Source: Octopus bimaculoides | Taxonomy: Eukaryota | Assembly: GCF_001194135.2 (NCBI RefSeq) | Contig: NC_068996.1 | Coordinates: forward strand, 6,230,347-6,288,226 | Reading direction: 5' to 3' | DNA length: 57,880 nucleotides | Part shown: positions 39,301 through 48,557 of the stretch, one piece after another | Layout of the letters: each line of letters opens with the position of its first letter | How positions within the stretch are numbered: position 1 is the stretch's first letter | Position numbers and translations under genes: made by a program | Notes under the pieces: model-generated | The model's input: only the letters and a program-made list of their open reading frames with translations | Databases searched by the model: none | What the model was told of the DNA's origin: nothing

Positions 39301-42300
39301 TAACTGAAGCTACAGATCTGTTCAACCAACTACCTGTGTGCCATATGTCTGCTTGATCAATTCACTTCAGGCTACAAAACAACAGTAACCCTAAAGCTTC
39401 ATCTTGTCTTTTTTTTCGACCTTAGACACTCTTAAGAGTATAAGCTTATTAATTTGCTTCAGTAGCTGCAATAAAAACAAAACAAAAAAAGAAACTAATT
39501 AGATAGGTGCAGATGTGCTGTTTGGTTGAGAAGCTTACTTCCCAACTACGTGATCTTGGTTTCAGTCCCATTGTGTGGCACCTTAAACTCTTGTCTTGTA
39601 CTGTAGCCCCCAGGCTGACCAAAGCCTTGTGAGTAGATTTGGTCGACAGAAACTGAAGAGGCCTGTTATTCTTTTCCCTTGAGTACCAGTGATTTCTGCT
39701 AAAAAGTTTTACGATTTTGGTGCTTTTGTCTTCATGTTTCTTTTTTTTAAATGCGTTCTCCCCACCAACTAATTGATAAAAAATATCAGCTTAAAAAGCA
39801 GTCAAATTGTATTCACATATATTGGTGTCCAGTTATCAAAACACGAGAAAAAAGTTTAAAATTCCAAACTGAAATTAGGTTAATATTTTATTATATTTAT
39901 TTGTCTTTGTATGACCCTTTGTAAGTTAAGTTTAGTTTTGTGAAGATATATCATCTGTGTGTATATGTATGTGTGTTTCTGTGTACCCTGTCTAGGTGTC
40001 GTGTGATTGAAAATGAGCATCACCATCATACTAGTGACGTTCATTTTCATTCTTCCATGAAAAGCATGTTTAGCTATGGGGTAATATTAGCTTGCTTGGA
40101 AACAGATGAGGGTTGGCAACAGGAATGGTGCCTGCTCATAGAAAACCTGCTTTGACAAATTCCACCTGGCCCATTCATGGAAAAGTGGACATCAAACAAC
40201 AACAATGATGAGAGAGACATAATGTGTGCCATATAGAATATCTTACTGTATATAGTTACACTTATGTATAGCTAGAAGTGTTGAGTATACCCAAGTTCTG
40301 TTTAACATTTGGTCTTACTGGCAGTGAAAACTACATCTAAGTATATAGTCAGAGGAGTGACAGTTAGTAATTATTCTGAAATATTCTATAATGGAACTTT
40401 GGGCTGTGTAGACTGAAAAAGAAGTAGACAGAATTGCCATGTTTGATAAAATTAAAATAGTTTTTTTTTAACTTTTAAAATTTGTCTGACAGCATGGCAA
40501 ATAAAGATTAATTATAGGGATGTAAACTCTTGTTTTATCTTCTTATTAATGAAGATGATGTGGGGTTGAGGAAAAAATTTTACTCTTTCTTTTGCAAATT
40601 GCTGCTCTTTTTTTATTCTGATTGTTACCTTTTTTTTATATATATATAATTTTATCTATTATTGCTACTCATTTAAGAAATTAACTAATGCTTGTGGTGT
40701 TAGTGGTGATGGTGGTTATATATCTATTTTCATTGGTCTTTTCCTTCTTTTTTTGTTTGTAGTATTATAATAAAGTGTAATTAGTCTATTTTTAAATGTA
40801 CTTTCAAAATTTTATCTTAATCATTTCATTACCATATTTTTGATAAAATACAGTAACTTTATCATAGTCAATTTTGAAAATAACAAAGAATTTAGTAAAA
40901 TAAGTTTGTCATTATTAATCTGGTGTTAAAAACTTAAATCAACATGAAATTTTGATGAAAAGTTTTAATTTAGATAATTTTTGAACAGGAAGTATGTATT
41001 GTAGAACGAGAGACTATTTTAGATGAGTTGCTATCAAAAGGATTAAACACTATAATTCATTATTTAATGAAAAAGAAAAGAAAAGAAAAATGAAATCTAT
41101 TATTAAAATGCTGTTTAAGTTATCAAATGTCAACATAGAGCATCGGCTTCCTTGGTGCCATTAAATATAACTTGTTTGTAACAATAGTTGGGAACTGCTC
41201 TGCTGTGTCTTCTTGAAATGTCACAGTTACATCAAGGGTGACGACACACGATTCGTCTTGAGACAACTTTGTATACTTACCAAATGTTTCTATCCTCCTT
41301 CCCATCTCTTCCTTCCTTTCTCTTAATCTGACCAAAATTCTTTCCCTTCCCTCACCTCCTCCCTGCCTGCTACTTTATTTACCTTTCTGTACTCTTCACA
41401 ATTGTCATCGGCTTTCTTCTTGTCTTCAGACTACTTCTCCGCCAATACAAAATACATGTCAAGTGCAGGTAAGTTTTGTAGTCGAGATTATTGCATACTA
41501 GTAAATTGTTATATACTAGTCTCAGTACTGGATGTTTGTTGTTGTTGTTATTTCATGTATTTTTTTTTTTCATTTGTTTTAATTTTTTAATTTTCTTTCC
41601 TTTTTTATTTGCATTTCAAATGAGTTCAATGTGCACAATGAAGATGGGAGAGAAAAAGTAACGGGTGTGGGTGGGGGGTCTGATTGCAAGAACGGTTGAA
41701 ATTTCATTTTATTTATTGATTCATAAGATGTCAAAAGTTTGTATAAACCTGGATTAGCCTCTACATAGTCATTAAATTTGCTAGAAATAACAACAAAAAA
41801 ACACTCATATTTTTGTGAAGAAACCTATATGTGGTCGCTAAATATATTGCAAAAATGGTGTTGGAAGTTTCTTAAATATTTTCAGTTACACCCCCCACCA
41901 TCTCACTTAAACATTTATTCCTGTTTCCCGAAATTACTTACAAAGATAAAGGTGTAAGCATTTAGTTTAGTCTTTGCTAAAAAGAATTATAATTATTTTC
42001 TTTTAGACTCTTTAGTAGCCATTATTTAAACAACTTTGGTGCTAAAAACACTTTTTTAATGAACTACAGAATCTAAATGTTTCAATTTATTTAATGTATT
42101 CATGAAATAAAGGAATTTAATTAAAATTAATCATTGCTTGAATGTTTGGAATATAATTTGACAAAAGATTCTATCATAATGGAAAGAAGTAATTTGGATA
42201 TAAATATTTTAAAATGGACAAATTTTGTATGGCAGAGTAAAGAGGCAATCTTAGATGGGTTAGTTTTAAATACTCCTTTACTAAAAGATTTTAATATTCT

Positions 42301-45300
42301 TATGAATTTATATCTCACCCCCAAAATCTTTTTCCTTGCATTTGTCGAGATTCAAAATTATCCTAAATTTTTATTATGAAAGATCCACCAAACTTGCCCC
42401 TATGCCTCTCAAAGAAGCTGCTTTCCTGATACTACCCCCACCCCACACAGAGCAAAGTATGCTTTCCTTTTAGATCTTATCAGAAGGATTGCTGTATCGT
42501 TTCAACGTGATTTAAAGAGATTTATAACTATAGCTTCCAGCAAAGTATCAAAATGTATAATCTCTCCTTCATATACTGGTCTGATAAATATTTGACTTCA
42601 GTATTCTGGTTGGAGCTGAATTCTAAGGTGAAACATCTCACATAATCTTTGAATGTAGAATTGGTAAGTGTAGAAATGAGTATGTAATGATTGGAAAGTT
42701 AAAGAAGGAATTCAGTATTATGTATAATTCCAGATACCAGTTGCTGATATGAAACAAATCAGTTGCTTTTGATATATAAGTTACTGGATGTTTTCCAAAT
42801 AAAATCAGTTAATAAACTCCATGGCAAATTTTTATAAAATAATTATCTGAAATATTGACTCATCATAACATGATTTTTTTTTTTGTTTTTAAATTTCAAT
42901 TAATCCTTATTTTATTACCATTTCACCAAAACATGGATTACCATTTGCATTTTCATAAAATTTTCCTTTTTTTTATGGAAAAAAAATATTGTTAGTTGAT
43001 ATTTATTGTGTACATCATATTTGAGGAAACAGTTAATATTTTAAATATATAATATATATATTTTAAAGTAAATTAATGAGTTACTAACATTTTTTTTTTC
43101 TTTGAATAACCATTTCACTGCACATTCCACTCCAAGATTCCGACTGATTCACACCTCAGAGCTTGCTCCCCAATCACTTAATCTAATTGCATGGACATCA
43201 ATGTTGGCATGTCATTTTTACCTTTACTATTGCATGGATTAATTGTTTAAATAATATTGAGAAACATTAATTAACACTTGTGATGCTCTAAGTTTCAAAC
43301 TATTGCACTTAGTTTTCAGATACTTGTAATATGATCATTGTAATTTTTACAAACTTTTAACCTCATCTTTGGTAGAGTTGTTAAAGCATCAGACTGAATG
43401 CCTCGTAATATATGTTCCAACTCCTGTACTCTGAGTTCAAATCTTGCTGAGGTCAACTTTTCCTTTCATCATTCAGGATAGAGATTTAAGATACCAATCT
43501 AGTATGGTAAATTGATAAGATTGTTAGAGAGTTGGATGAGATGTCTTGTGGTAACTATTTTAGTTCAGAAAATAAAGAATAATTATGCAGAAAGTTTTAA
43601 AAATAGCTTTATATTTCAGGTGCAAAGACCTCTCTTCAGAAGAATGCCATCAAAGAAATGTGTGTTTGCATAGATTTTACCATTTTGGATAGACCAGTGC
43701 TTGTGCTGGCACAAGAAGATAGCTTGTGGCAAGCTGGTAGAAATGTTAACGTGCCGGGCAAAATGCTTAGTGGTATTTTGTTCCTCTTTTCGTTCTGAGT
43801 TCAAATTCTGCCGAGGTCGACTTTGACTTTCATCCTTTTGGGGACAATAAATTAAGTACTAGTTGCGTACTGAGGTCGATCTAATCAACTGGCCCCCTCC
43901 CTCCAAAATTTTGTGCCTTGTGCCTAGAGTAGAAAAGAAGATAACTTGCTGGCACAAGCACTGGACTATCCAAAATGGCAGGATTTGTGTAAATACACAT
44001 TTCTTTGACTGTATTCTTCTGAAGATAGGAGTTTGCACCTGAAATATAAACTCTCTGCATCGTTAGAAACCTTCATTCATTGTTCAGCTTCTGTACTACA
44101 ATGCTTCAAGCAAACTGCAACACTCTAGTATTGTGTACTTGTTTCTTTTTGTATCTGATATTTGTTATGGATCTTCTATAAGAATAAAGCTGTATCCCTT
44201 AAATTGCCATTTCTATATACGAAGACCAAGAAGAAATCTTGCGAAAGTTGAGTTATTTTGTTGAGATATTTCTTGAAATCACCTGAGAAGATACATCTAC
44301 ACCAATGGATACACCTAAACCAGATGTTCAGTATCCTATCCGCAAGGGATTGATGCTAGCTGGGTCAAAACAGTTGTAGTGATCAACAAAGATTCTCGTA
44401 TCTTCTCTCTTCTGTCTCTCTCCATTAATCATATACATACATGCATACATACATACATACATATATATATGTATAAGATTGAGATGAATTATAGTAGTAC
44501 TGAGCAGTCATAAACAACTCTTCTTTGCACATTCAGCTTTGCACATTCAGTATTTAGCAGATTTCAATGTTATAACAGTTGTAGTGATGAATATGACTAG
44601 CGCTGCAGTTTTAACACAATTTCATACATATCTAATGACTTGTTTTGTTTGGCATTAATCAGTCTTGTTTAGTTCTCACAGAATATTAGTTGCATTGCTT
44701 TATCTTCATTTCAAATATAATTTCTAACAAATTTCTAATGAAGAGGTACAAGATTTTTTTTCTTTTTCAAAAGTAATTACACAGGCATAGCTGACTGATT
44801 AAAGAAATGTTTGTTTGCTGTCTACATGATTTTGGGTTTAATCCCACTGCATGGCACCTTGGGCAAGTGTCTTCTACTATAGCTCTTGATCAACAAAGGC
44901 TCAGTGAATGGATTAGTTTGATGGAAACTAAAAGAAGCCTGTTGTGTGTATCTGAGAGAGTGAGTTTATTTTCTACTTCTTCACATGCTGGTTCCCTTGC
45001 TGGTTGAAAGCAGTAGCTTCACTGATGGGGCTGTAACTTGAAATTGACGGTATTGACCAGATTGTTGCTGGTCACAAGGAGTTTCTTTGCATTGTTGTAG
45101 CTTTCGAATGATGCCATCTCACTGGTTAGGCAAGCAGACCAACATTTCCCCTCAAAAGAACAGCAACAGTCTGTCACTGAGTTACTCATTTACAACTGAG
45201 GAGTGGACTGGAATAACATGAAATGTTTTGCTCCTCAAGTGCACAATGCAAATCCAATTTGGGAATCGAAACCACACTCTCATGATTGCGAGTGGAACAT

Positions 45301-45314
45301 CCTAGCCACTAGGC

Positions 45315-45357
<43 letters not shown>

Positions 45358-45449
45358 ATCTTAGTCAAAATTTCTAATCATGAGTTTTCAGCTGTCAGTC
45401 AAATGAACCTCTGTATTCATTGAATTAACTTATAAATGATTGGGTATTA

Positions 45450-45490
<41 letters not shown>

Positions 45491-46377
45491 TCTTAATATA
45501 ATTTTCAGACAGAAAATCAGCATGACACTGAAATTCAGGAACAGCCAAGCCAAGGAGCTTCCACACAGTTTCCATTTACCCAATTTCATTCATATGATAT
45601 GAGATAATCTGACATTACACAAAATGGCAATTGCCCAGATGCCAATATTTCTGTGGTGTAATAGGATACATACACAAGAAAACTCAAACACATTGTCCCC
45701 TTTGGCCTAACCCAGGTCCTCATGATTGCAAAGCAAACCCTTTAACCATCTGGCTATCCTGCACACACACACACACACCTCTTTCCATTTACCAATAGAA
45801 TATCCTATCTCATGCGGATAATTTCTGTAAAGCTTTTCTAAAGCAGCAAAATTTTTTTCTATCATATAAAAGACGTTTGCAACAGTTACAGAATTGAACA
45901 CTTTTTTTTTTGTCATGCATAGTTTTGTCACTTGACATTCTCATAGAATGAACCTGTAATTATTTCTATCTTTGGTTTCATTATTATTTACACAAACCTT
46001 CCTTTATGAATCACAGCCTAATCTCAACTCTCAAAATCTTTGAAAAGGCAAGTTGAGTCATCCCAAATTTGATTTGTTATAATCTATGGCTACTGCATTG
46101 AGTGACACCCAATATTAGGTTTATTGAAAAAGCAGAAATAATAATTAACTGTCAGATTTTGCAATTCCTAACACACACACACACACACACANNNNNNNNN
46201 NNNNNNNNNNNNNNNNNNNNNNNNNNNNNNNNNNNNNNNNNNNNNNNNNNNNNNNNNNNNNNNNNNNNNNNNNNNNNNNNNNNNNNNNNNNNNNNNNNNN
46301 NNNNNNNNNNNNNNNNNNNNNNNNNNNNNNNNNNNNNNNNNNNNNNNNNNNNNNNNNNNNNNNNNNNNNNNNNNNNN

Positions 46378-46422
<45 letters not shown>

Positions 46423-47141
46423 CTTTCTCTCTCTCCCTGGAGTCCTTAGATTACTTTTTAAAGCTTTGTATGTTAAGGCTTAAAAAATTGCCTTATTCTT
46501 TACATATTGCTTAACAGAAAATAAACGTCAATTTTACTGAATCAGTTATCAATCATTAATTGGTAATTATGCCAGTTTTTTATTTTATTTTTATTTCTTA
46601 AATCTTAGAAAACAAGTTTAAAACCATGCCTCAGATATTTTTAGTGCCCCGGGCCAAATACTCTTTTAATTCCTCTCAGTTAATTTGTTACCTGCTTCTG
46701 GATTGTCTATAAAATATGTTGATATATTGCCTGCATATATGTGATGGTAGTGCTATTGTTTAAATTGAATGTTTATTTACTTTATAACTATCTTTGTGGT
46801 ATTATTTAATGTTACACAGCACACATATCCCCCCTCTCTCTCCCTCTCTCTTTTGCATATTTTCACTCATACATATACATTCTCTTTCACTTATAGCCTC
46901 TTGCCCTCTCTCTCTCACACACAATATACATACACACACTCTCTGTCTGTCTATGATACTCTCTCAAACTCATTCATATATAGGCAATAACAAAAAAGAA
47001 AAAAATCTCTTGATACTGTGAAAAATTTGTTTCAATATCATCAAATGTTAATGTTGCTTGTTTCAGCTGTCTCTGAAAGCACGTGCGATGGAGGTTTACC
47101 AAGGAATGCAACTTGCATATGAAACTATTTTGCACAATTGA
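7053..47141 (+). CDS. AP1B1/AP2B1: AP-1/AP-2 complex subunit beta (beta-adaptin), spliced CDS of 21 exons, 931 aa
   Basis: Manual splicing gives an open frame from [22 protein letters not shown] to [24 protein letters not shown]. Exon lengths sum to 2796 nt and all 20 introns are GT-AG with compatible phases. The protein shows the adaptin N-terminal trunk, hinge and appendage sequence typical of beta1/beta2-adaptin. Invertebrates generally have one gene orthologous to both AP1B1 and AP2B1. Confidence 0.97.
7655..7760 (+). CDS. AP1B1/AP2B1: beta-adaptin coding exon 2 ([36 protein letters not shown])
   Basis: ttag| and |gttagt boundaries, 106 nt, frame continuous. Confidence 0.96.
8159..8294 (+). 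CDS. AP1B1/AP2B1: beta-adaptin coding exon 3 ([45 protein letters not shown])
   Basis: ctag| and |gtaagc, 136 nt; overlaps ORF 8187..8513. Confidence 0.97.
10427..11408. mobile_element. three copies of an approximately 220-bp TTAA-type (piggyBac-like) MITE in +,-,+ orientation
   Basis: Copies 10427..10645, 10934..11152 (reverse) and 11186..11408 have TTAACC(C)TT-like ends and share the core gaatttagtaaaataa...ggtgtttggaaca. Related copies lie at 37449..37680 and about 40800..41046. Confidence 0.7.
11856..12101 (+). CDS. AP1B1/AP2B1: beta-adaptin coding exon 4 ([24 protein letters not shown]...SDSNPM)
   Basis: ctag| and |gtaagt, 246 nt; overlaps ORF 11877..12122. Confidence 0.97.
13345..13469 (+). 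CDS. AP1B1/AP2B1: beta-adaptin coding exon 5 ([12 protein letters not shown]...[13 protein letters not shown])
   Basis: caag| and |gtaagt, 125 nt. Confidence 0.96.
14655..14723 (+). CDS. AP1B1/AP2B1: beta-adaptin coding exon 6 ([23 protein letters not shown])
   Basis: acag| and |gtaaat, 69 nt. Confidence 0.96.
15748..15814 (+). CDS. AP1B1/AP2B1: beta-adaptin coding exon 7 ([22 protein letters not shown])
   Basis: ttcag| and |gtaagt, 67 nt. Confidence 0.96.
17180..17505 (+). mobile_element. tRNA-derived SINE (family C variant)
   Basis: ggcgtggtttagtggttaagg head, gtgtccttgagtaagacacttt core, same tail as 20181..20567. Confidence 0.8.
17933..18087 (+). CDS. AP1B1/AP2B1: beta-adaptin coding exon 8 (VIMKFMEM...[32 protein letters not shown])
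   Basis: ttag| and |gtaaga, 155 nt. Confidence 0.96.
18208..18348 (+). CDS. AP1B1/AP2B1: beta-adaptin coding exon 9 ([32 protein letters not shown]...VLSELKE)
   Basis: ttcag| and |gtgagt, 141 nt. Confidence 0.96.
18700..19220 (+). mobile_element. degenerate RTE LINE 3' ORF fragment
   Basis: Encodes [35 protein letters not shown], homologous to 50130..50290; boundaries approximate. Confidence 0.8.
19501..19666 (+). CDS. AP1B1/AP2B1: beta-adaptin coding exon 10 ([25 protein letters not shown]...[10 protein letters not shown])
   Basis: atag| and |gtataa, 166 nt; overlaps ORF 19397..19672. Confidence 0.97.
19939..20027 (+). CDS. AP1B1/AP2B1: beta-adaptin coding exon 11 ([30 protein letters not shown])
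   Basis: taag| and |gtaagc, 89 nt. Confidence 0.96.
20181..20567 (+). mobile_element. tRNA-derived SINE (family C)
   Basis: Head GGTGCAATGGCCCAGTGGTTAGGGCAGCGGACTC with B-box GGTTTCGATTCC. The tail gtgtctgtggagtgctcagccacttgca is shared with 17180..17505 and 55835..56110. Confidence 0.85.
21443..21545 (+). CDS. AP1B1/AP2B1: beta-adaptin coding exon 12 ([34 protein letters not shown])
   Basis: gtag| and |gtatga, 103 nt. Confidence 0.96.
22079..22246 (-). mobile_element. RTE-3'UTR-derived short element
   Basis: (CAT)n-cgtttaacgtccgctttccatgctagcatggg...; further copies at about 9700..9920 (+), 12255..12450 (+), 16463..16615 (-), 31110..31268 (-), 32950..33200 (-), 36380..36515 (+), 37780..37955 (+) and 54105..54350 (-). 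Confidence 0.85.
22580..22678 (+). CDS. AP1B1/AP2B1: beta-adaptin coding exon 13 ([33 protein letters not shown])
   Basis: gcag| and |gtaaaa, 99 nt. Confidence 0.96.
24145..24565 (+). mobile_element. older family A SINE copy with internal (TG)n(AG)n
   Basis: gcatggctgtgtggtaagaag head and gcttcagcacag..gttaatggctgaaacc tail. Confidence 0.8.
24721..24977 (+). CDS. AP1B1/AP2B1: beta-adaptin coding exon 14 ([22 protein letters not shown]...ALPPRSTS), end of trunk
   Basis: aaag| and |gtaagt, 257 nt; overlaps ORF 24544..24981. Confidence 0.96.
25670..25882 (+). mobile_element. family A SINE 3' half
   Basis: Matches 52970..53150. Confidence 0.85.
25988..26216 (+). CDS. AP1B1/AP2B1: beta-adaptin coding exon 15, hinge with clathrin box LLDMD (26094..26108) and a poly-Q tract
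   Basis: ttag| and |gtgagt, 229 nt. GDLLDMDL matches the clathrin-box consensus (human beta2 LLNLD). Confidence 0.94.
27940..28032 (+). CDS. AP1B1/AP2B1: beta-adaptin coding exon 16, hinge ([31 protein letters not shown])
   Basis: Poly-pyrimidine acag| and |gtaatt, 93 nt, phase 0/0. Confidence 0.92.
28688..29037 (-). mobile_element. solo LTR (350 bp) with 4-bp target-site duplication AGTG
   Basis: Termini TGTAG...CTACA. AGTG lies at 28684..28687 and 29038..29041. The segment is CpG-rich relative to its flanks. Orientation is inferred from a minus-strand AATAAA about 100 nt from the end and is uncertain. Confidence 0.8.
29326..29471 (+). CDS. AP1B1/AP2B1: beta-adaptin coding exon 17, start of appendage ([17 protein letters not shown]...FAIQFNKNS)
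   Basis: ttag| and |gtatta, 146 nt. Confidence 0.95.
30468..30597 (+). CDS. AP1B1/AP2B1: beta-adaptin coding exon 18 ([15 protein letters not shown]...[11 protein letters not shown])
   Basis: aaag| and |gtactt, 130 nt. Confidence 0.95.
32450..32621 (+). CDS. AP1B1/AP2B1: beta-adaptin coding exon 19 ([12 protein letters not shown]...[16 protein letters not shown]...)
   Basis: tcag| and |gtaagt, 172 nt; overlaps ORF 32429..32653. Confidence 0.96.
34571..34725 (+). CDS. AP1B1/AP2B1: beta-adaptin coding exon 20 ([51 protein letters not shown])
   Basis: gtag| and |gtgagt, 155 nt, ends in phase 0. Confidence 0.96.
35362..35454. repeat. 3 x 31-bp tandem repeat GTAAACTTACAAATTTTGTTTCATTATCAAA
   Basis: Units start at 35362, 35393 and 35424 and are nearly identical. 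Confidence 0.95.
35641..35726. repeat. 45-bp tandem duplication (TAATGTCTGCCACACCAGTTTCT...)
   Basis: Units start at 35641 and 35686. Confidence 0.9.
38096..38790. repeat. pyrimidine-only (CTT/CCT) satellite, unit about CCCCTCTTCTTC(C/T)T, spanning a gap
   Basis: Seen directly; N-gap at 38285..38685. Confidence 0.95.
41430..41468 (+). CDS. AP1B1/AP2B1: candidate alternative cassette exon of beta-adaptin ([13 protein letters not shown], 39 nt, phase 0/0)
   Basis: Acceptor tttcttcttgtcttcag|, consensus donor CAG|gtaagt, length 3n with no stop in the required frame, and no AG between 41263 and 41427. No transcript evidence is available here. Confidence 0.6.
43733..43938 (+). mobile_element. 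SINE family D (ctgagttcaaattctgccgaggtcgactttgactttcatcctt core)
   Basis: The core recurs at about 9235..9400, 9400..9530 and 43430..43500. Confidence 0.7.
47067..47141 (+). CDS. AP1B1/AP2B1: beta-adaptin terminal coding exon ([24 protein letters not shown])
   Basis: tttcag| acceptor and TGA at 47139..47141; resembles the human beta1/beta2 C-terminus LSLKCRAPEVSQ...ILKN. Confidence 0.93.
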   Translation: MSLKARAMEVYQGMQLAYETILHN

Positions 47142-47380
47142 AAGTTCTCTTGAAATATTCCAAAAGACATGTTCTTCAAGTGAAAAAAAAAAGAAAGATG
47201 TTCTTCAAAGTGAAACAAGGGAAAAAGAAAAACGTAGTTTTTAAACTGGAATACAAAATAATATCTTTTGTATAATCACTTTTAATAGTAAATAGACTGT
47301 GGTGATATATGATATCATTGAATAGTTACAAACGAGTGATATATTTCTTTCTTCTCCTACACTTCCTATGAAATGGTGGT

Positions 47381-47409
47381 AATAAAAGAAATTTTAATTT
47401 TGAAATAAA
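47381..47409 (+). terminator. candidate polyadenylation signals (AATAAA at 47381 and 47404)
   Basis: Two AATAAA hexamers about 240-270 nt after the stop, followed by T-rich sequence. AT-rich context makes chance occurrence possible. Confidence 0.45.
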
Positions 47410-48557
47410 CCTTAGGAATGGGTTAAAGTTAAAAATGATTTAAAAATTTTTATTAATTTTTTTTCATCTTTCCTGATTTTAAATTTATATTTCACCACAT
47501 CTCAATTTAAAATAGAAATTATATTTGGACTGATTTGTCTTAAGTCTCCCGAAACTTCAACATGTTCACTGCATGATATTAGGGTTAAGTCACTGAGAAT
47601 CCCTTCCTGCTCTCATAATGTTACCCAATATTTAATGCACAATATCAAATTAATGTCAGTGATTTTAAAATCAAAATGGAAAAAAAAAAGAAAGTTAAGC
47701 CTATCAGTCATAAGAATATCTGTTATTAAATCTGTATATGTTGTCAAGTTTTAAGGACTTTTTATAGTAGACACCTTTTAACTAAAATTTTAATTTAATA
47801 GATTTAACTGATAACACATTTAATTTGTGGCAATCTGTGGTCTATTAGTATACATAAAAATTAAAGTGAATCATATTATTGTTCCATTTAGTTTAAAACC
47901 TCAAACAAATTAGTTTTTGTTTTTTATGGAAATGAAATTGGAAAATCTCCATCTATGCCACCGTAATTTTCTTCTTCCTGTACTTTCCAATACATGTTTT
48001 ATTATTATGAATGATGCATATTGTTGAAAAAAAAGAAAAATCTGTATTAAATATATTGATGTAAAAGTTTTTCTTTTGTTCTGAGTTTTCATTACCCTGC
48101 ACACATAAGCAAAAGCAGGGTATTGTAATCACTAGTCTTTGTTTGCAAAATTACTGGAAAATGGCCAAACAGATTTTCACCACATTTTGTAGAAATATTT
48201 ATTGGGTGAGTGACTCAAAATGATGAACATTTGGTTTGATTATCTTAAAAAAAAAAACCCCAGAAAATTTCAAAATTGAATTTACAAATTTCCCGATAAT
48301 CAAGTGGTCATATTATTTTGTTCACTTTTTTTTTTCATATGAACTGACCTGCGTCTGCATGTTTATAGATCATGGGGTATCTATTCTCATAGGCACGTGG
48401 GTATATACATACATAAATATATACATAGATAGGCAACTCTGTGTGTGTACGTACAGTGATGGATTCAAAGATTTCATGTATTTACGACTTGATTTCTTAA
48501 TTTCATCAGAGTATAAATACCTATAATAGTGATACCTAATTTACAATTTTACTTCTT

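Noticed and set aside
41123-41335. Minus-strand 70-aa ORF ([14 protein letters not shown]...[13 protein letters not shown]) with an apparent minus-strand GTAAGT donor, suggesting a nested gene
   Set aside because: The R/E/K-rich start is just the antisense of the plus-strand pyrimidine tract, and the minus GTAAGT is the complement of the plus-strand branch-like TACTTAC. I found no partner exons and recognise no homology.
43159-43169. GAGCTTGCTCC matches a short stretch of U2 snRNA as I recall it
   Set aside because: Only 11 nt, no other U2 features, and no convincing box C/D or H/ACA frame on the transcribed strand.
41188-43173. Partial complementarity between 41188..41208 and 43151..43173 that could loop out the 39-nt exon
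   Set aside because: Only about 16 interrupted pairs, with a longest run of 6; easily reached by chance without covariation data.
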